From the NCBI GenBank assembly GCA_963841435.1, contig CAWJCS010000005.1, positions 576,001 through 640,000 of the forward strand: 64,000 bases of DNA. The letters run 5' to 3'. The position numbers were made by a program, and so were the translations under genes. This DNA is from an uncultured delta proteobacterium (GTDB taxonomy: Bacteria; Myxococcota_A; Polyangia; Polyangiales; Polyangiaceae). The notes under the pieces are model-generated. The model did no database searches and was not told the DNA's origin. It was given only the letters and a program-made list of their open reading frames with translations. Each line of letters begins with the position of its first letter. Within the stretch, counting starts at the first letter, position 1. This document shows positions 60,923-64,000 of the stretch, one piece after another.

Positions 60923-63022
60923 TTACAAGAGCTCGAGGAACGCCGCGAGATCCGCGCGTTCTTCGGCTGCGAACGCGCGAAGGTCGGCGCGACCCGTGCC
61001 CCCGGCGTGAAAAAGCTCACGGTCCGAAAAGCGCACGCGCTCGAGCACATCGTCGAGCGTCGGGCTCAGCCCTCGCGTCAGGTAGGGTCGCTTCAGATAC
61101 AGGCGCCTGAGCGACGGGATGCGGGTACCGCGCGGGTCAACGTACGGCTCGACGCCGGTCTTTTCGTAGTCGCCGCGGGCCCACACGACGGGGCCTTCCG
61201 CGGAGAGCACGAGCTCTTCCCAGCGCTCGAACGGCACCTCGCTTTCGGGGTCGTCCGCCACGAGCCGCGGGGCATGACAGCGCTCGCAGCGACGGCGAAA
61301 GAGCAGGGCCCCGCGAGCCTCGCTCGCGTCGAAGCGCGGCGCCGGTCGCGCGAGCACGGCGGGATTTTCCTCGTGCGTGAAGCGCGCGAGAAATTCGAGC
61401 AGGGCGCGCCGGAGCTCGAGCGGACCGAGCGTGCGCTTCTCGATGCCGAGCGCGCTGAGCCAGGGGAACTCCGCCACGTCGAGCGAGAACCAAGGATCGA
61501 CGGGGTTGCCTCGGCTCGCGACCCGAAATTCGTTGTCGCAGACGGAGGTGAGATCCCAATCGTGGGCGCGCGAAAAGTGCGGCGCGTCGTTGAACAGGCC
61601 GAACAGGCCTCGGGTGCTGACCCGCACGTCGCCGCGACCCGTGTGATGGACGCGGCCGTCCGCGCCGCCTTCGAAGTGACACGTCTCGCAGGTGAAGCGG
61701 CTCAGGCGACCTCGGCTCGACGCGCGGGGCGCCATCAGCGTCGTGAAAAAGAGCGCTTCACCGAGCCGTTCGCGCGCCGATGGGTCGCGGGGCTCCGCGG
61801 GCCGCACGGCGTGGATCTCGGGATCGTGCCCGAGCGCGACCCACGCGTCGAGCAGCGGATCGGCGCAAACCAACGCGTCCGGCTCACTCGCTGCGTCCGC
61901 GCAGCCCGGCACGGCGGGCCGCGTGCGAACGCTGGGTGCCCCCGGGGTTTCCGGTGGCGCGCTCCACGAAAGTTCCAGACGCTCGGCGCTACCGTAGCCG
62001 AGCAGGGTCGCTTCGAGGCCGGCACCTCGTTGCCGGAGCCTCACGACCTTGGGCGTGACGAGGCCGAGCGCGGACGTGTTGACGCTCGAAACCTCGTTTA
62101 GGGTCCGACGCGCGCCGAGCCGGTAGAGCCAGACGAACGAATCGACGTAGCCGAACGCCCTATCGCGGCGCTCGAGCGGATGGTTCTCGACACCCCCTGC
62201 CGCGACCCAGAGCGCGCCGTCACTTTCGAGCAGCGAAAGGCCCCAGAAGGGTCCGTCGTGAACGACCCGCGACACCTCGCGCCCGGGACGCCCCACTTCG
62301 TCGCGCTCGAGCACGACGAGCGCGTGGTCGAACAGGCAGAGCACGCCAGCGTAGCGCGGCGACAGCGCGAGCCGAATCGGACCGCGGCAGCTTCGCGACG
62401 CCGTCACGGAAACCTCGGCACCGCGCGTCGCGAGCTCCGGCACGGAGAACGAAAGCAAGCTGTCAGCGCCGAAGTCCGCGACGACGACGGCTCGCTCGTC
62501 CGCAGCGAGCGCCCGCGGGACGCGCGCCGACCCGAGCGGGACCGATGCTCCCGGCGCGAGCTCGCCGCCCAGCACGCGATACGTCGCGACGCGACGCTCG
62601 AGCGGCCCCACGACGAACAAAGTGCCGTCGGGCGAGGCCGCAAGGGCGCTCGGTGACGTTGGCGCTTCGACCGAGCTTTTTGTCCGGAGCCGCTCGTCGA
62701 GCAAGACGATGCGCGAGTCACCGCGCAGGATCCCCGCGAAGCGCGGGGCGAGACCGTTCGCCGGACCAGTGCCACCAAGCGCGACGATCGCCACGGGGTT
62801 CGCGCCCAACGCGCGGCTCGACGGCGGCTGGTCCGAAAAGTCGGTGGCGCGCCTGAGCGTGCGCTCTTCCCGCCTCAGCGAAGCGAGCGCGAGCTCGACG
62901 CGGCTCGAGCCCTCGGCGGGGCGTGCTCGCGGCGCGCCCGGGCGCGTCCTCGTGAGCGCGCCCTGCTCGCGACAGCCCGCGACCGCGAGCGAAAAGAGAA
63001 GGACGAGCCCGAGGGCGCGCAC
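60923..63022 (-). CDS. Lipoprotein: probable beta-propeller plus di-heme cytochrome c peroxidase-like domain
   Basis: VAGC lipobox; LGEALFF..CETCH (61676-61690); RGALLF..CERCH (61274-61288); IPSLR..PYL; DLAAFLELL. Confidence 0.75.
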   Translation of the reverse strand: MRALGLVLLFSLAVAGCREQGALTRTRPGAPRARPAEGSSRVELALASLRREERTLRRATDFSDQPPSSRALGANPVAIVALGGTGPANGLAPRFAGILRGDSRIVLLDERLRTKSSVEAPTSPSALAASPDGTLFVVGPLERRVATYRVLGGELAPGASVPLGSARVPRALAADERAVVVADFGADSLLSFSVPELATRGAEVSVTASRSCRGPIRLALSPRYAGVLCLFDHALVVLERDEVGRPGREVSRVVHDGPFWGLSLLESDGALWVAAGGVENHPLERRDRAFGYVDSFVWLYRLGARRTLNEVSSVNTSALGLVTPKVVRLRQRGAGLEATLLGYGSAERLELSWSAPPETPGAPSVRTRPAVPGCADAASEPDALVCADPLLDAWVALGHDPEIHAVRPAEPRDPSARERLGEALFFTTLMAPRASSRGRLSRFTCETCHFEGGADGRVHHTGRGDVRVSTRGLFGLFNDAPHFSRAHDWDLTSVCDNEFRVASRGNPVDPWFSLDVAEFPWLSALGIEKRTLGPLELRRALLEFLARFTHEENPAVLARPAPRFDASEARGALLFRRRCERCHAPRLVADDPESEVPFERWEELVLSAEGPVVWARGDYEKTGVEPYVDPRGTRIPSLRRLYLKRPYLTRGLSPTLDDVLERVRFSDRELFHAGGTGRADLRAFAAEERADLAAFLELL

Positions 63023-63032
63023 CGGGCCCCCC

Positions 63033-64000
63033 TCAGAAAAAGTCCGCCATCGTGGGCGGCGGGCCCCCGAAAAGCGCACCCAGGAGGCCGAGCGAGCGAC
63101 CATCGGCGGTCAGCGCACCCGCGCGCAAAAGCTCGAGCGGGGACAGAAAGCCGGTGTAGAGCGCGGCGAGCGCCCGAACGTGCAGGCGCACGCTGCCCCG
63201 TCCGCCGCGGGTCGTCGTTGCGAGCCCATTTTCAATCTCGAGCCGGATGCGCCCTGCGTTCTCGGGCAGGATGTCGTCCGCGAGCTCGAAGTCGAGCAGA
63301 GCGGCGATGGGCGGGTACCCGCGGTCGACGAGAGCGCGCTCAACGTCCACGATCCGCAGCATGAAATGCTCCGCGAGCTCGATCCTCCCCGCCCGCTCCG
63401 GCAGCGCGAACAGCAGCGCGTCGGAGCCTGCACCGTAGGCGACGGCGCTCGAGAGCGTCGTCTGGTGGTCGGCGAGGAGCCGGAGCAACCGTGCGAGCGC
63501 CGCAGGCGTCTGTGCGACGAGATCGCTCAGCGCGAGCTCACGGCGATCCTCGGGGCCGCGCGCGGACAGGTAGGCGTAGCCCTCGACGTTGCCGTCCTCG
63601 CTTTCCGTGAGATAGCCGCGCGTCTCGCGTCCGCGAGGGTTCCTCACGCGGTCCCAAACGTAGTCGCCGCGATCGAGGTAGCCGTTGCGCTCGCTCGCGA
63701 CACGCCGATAGAGAGCCTCCACGGAGGCCGCGTCCGCGGCGACGATCGGCCGCACGCTCGGAAGACCCGTCGGTCGGCCGAGGCGCTGGCAGTCCAGCGT
63801 CCAGCGGAAGCGACTGCCCGCGAGCTCGTAGCCCGCGGCCCGGTACAGCGCGACGTTCGCCGGGTACAGGGTGCTGACGGCCGTGCTCTCACGACGCGCC
63901 GCGCGGAGCGACGAGCTGACGAGCTCGAGCGCGACCCCACGGCCGCGCGCTTCGGGTGCGACGGCCACGCCCGCGATGCCCACGTTCGAGACCGAGCGCG
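63033..64000 (-). CDS. Eis-family GNAT acetyltransferase (5' end outside the window)
   Basis: GIAGVAVAPEARGRG, LYPANVALYRAAGYELAG, FMLRIVDVERAL, ALAALYTG. Confidence 0.85.
   Translation of the reverse strand, partial: RSVSNVGIAGVAVAPEARGRGVALELVSSSLRAARRESTAVSTLYPANVALYRAAGYELAGSRFRWTLDCQRLGRPTGLPSVRPIVAADAASVEALYRRVASERNGYLDRGDYVWDRVRNPRGRETRGYLTESEDGNVEGYAYLSARGPEDRRELALSDLVAQTPAALARLLRLLADHQTTLSSAVAYGAGSDALLFALPERAGRIELAEHFMLRIVDVERALVDRGYPPIAALLDFELADDILPENAGRIRLEIENGLATTTRGGRGSVRLHVRALAALYTGFLSPLELLRAGALTADGRSLGLLGALFGGPPPTMADFF

Overview
High-GC bacterial chromosomal segment with a myxobacterial (Polyangiaceae/Sorangium-like) gene complement: Ser/Thr kinases, TonB-C-fused TonB-dependent receptor (TBDR), CdnL, and lipoproteins with Gly-rich linkers. 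The taxonomy is inferred from gene content only. The left third is a phosphate locus: two tandem phoB-like regulators, phoR and pstCAB (no pstS or phoU in the window), divergent from a tonB-exbB-exbD-exbD-TBDR-lipoprotein cluster. Four of its intergenic regions carry GTCAY-like pentamers at exact 11-bp period (Pho-box-like), suggesting a Pho-regulated outer-membrane uptake system; this is the best candidate for an undescribed system. The rest is mostly housekeeping and signalling (ECF/anti-sigma/thioredoxin, lolC/E, cca, ftsH-tilS, mnmA, lipB, HD-GYP, IHF, cdnL, PduO-type adenosyltransferase, two GT-C-like membrane proteins). Oddities include a degenerate ABC ATPase module, a 58-aa CxxC/CxxC protein absent from the ORF track, a stand-alone GlnD-like ACT protein and a di-heme lipoprotein. 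Several single-base frameshifts and recurrent GTCAAC/GTTGAC where GTCGAC is expected suggest long-read consensus errors and/or GTCGAC methylation. No rRNA, tRNA, CRISPR array or mobile element was recognised.
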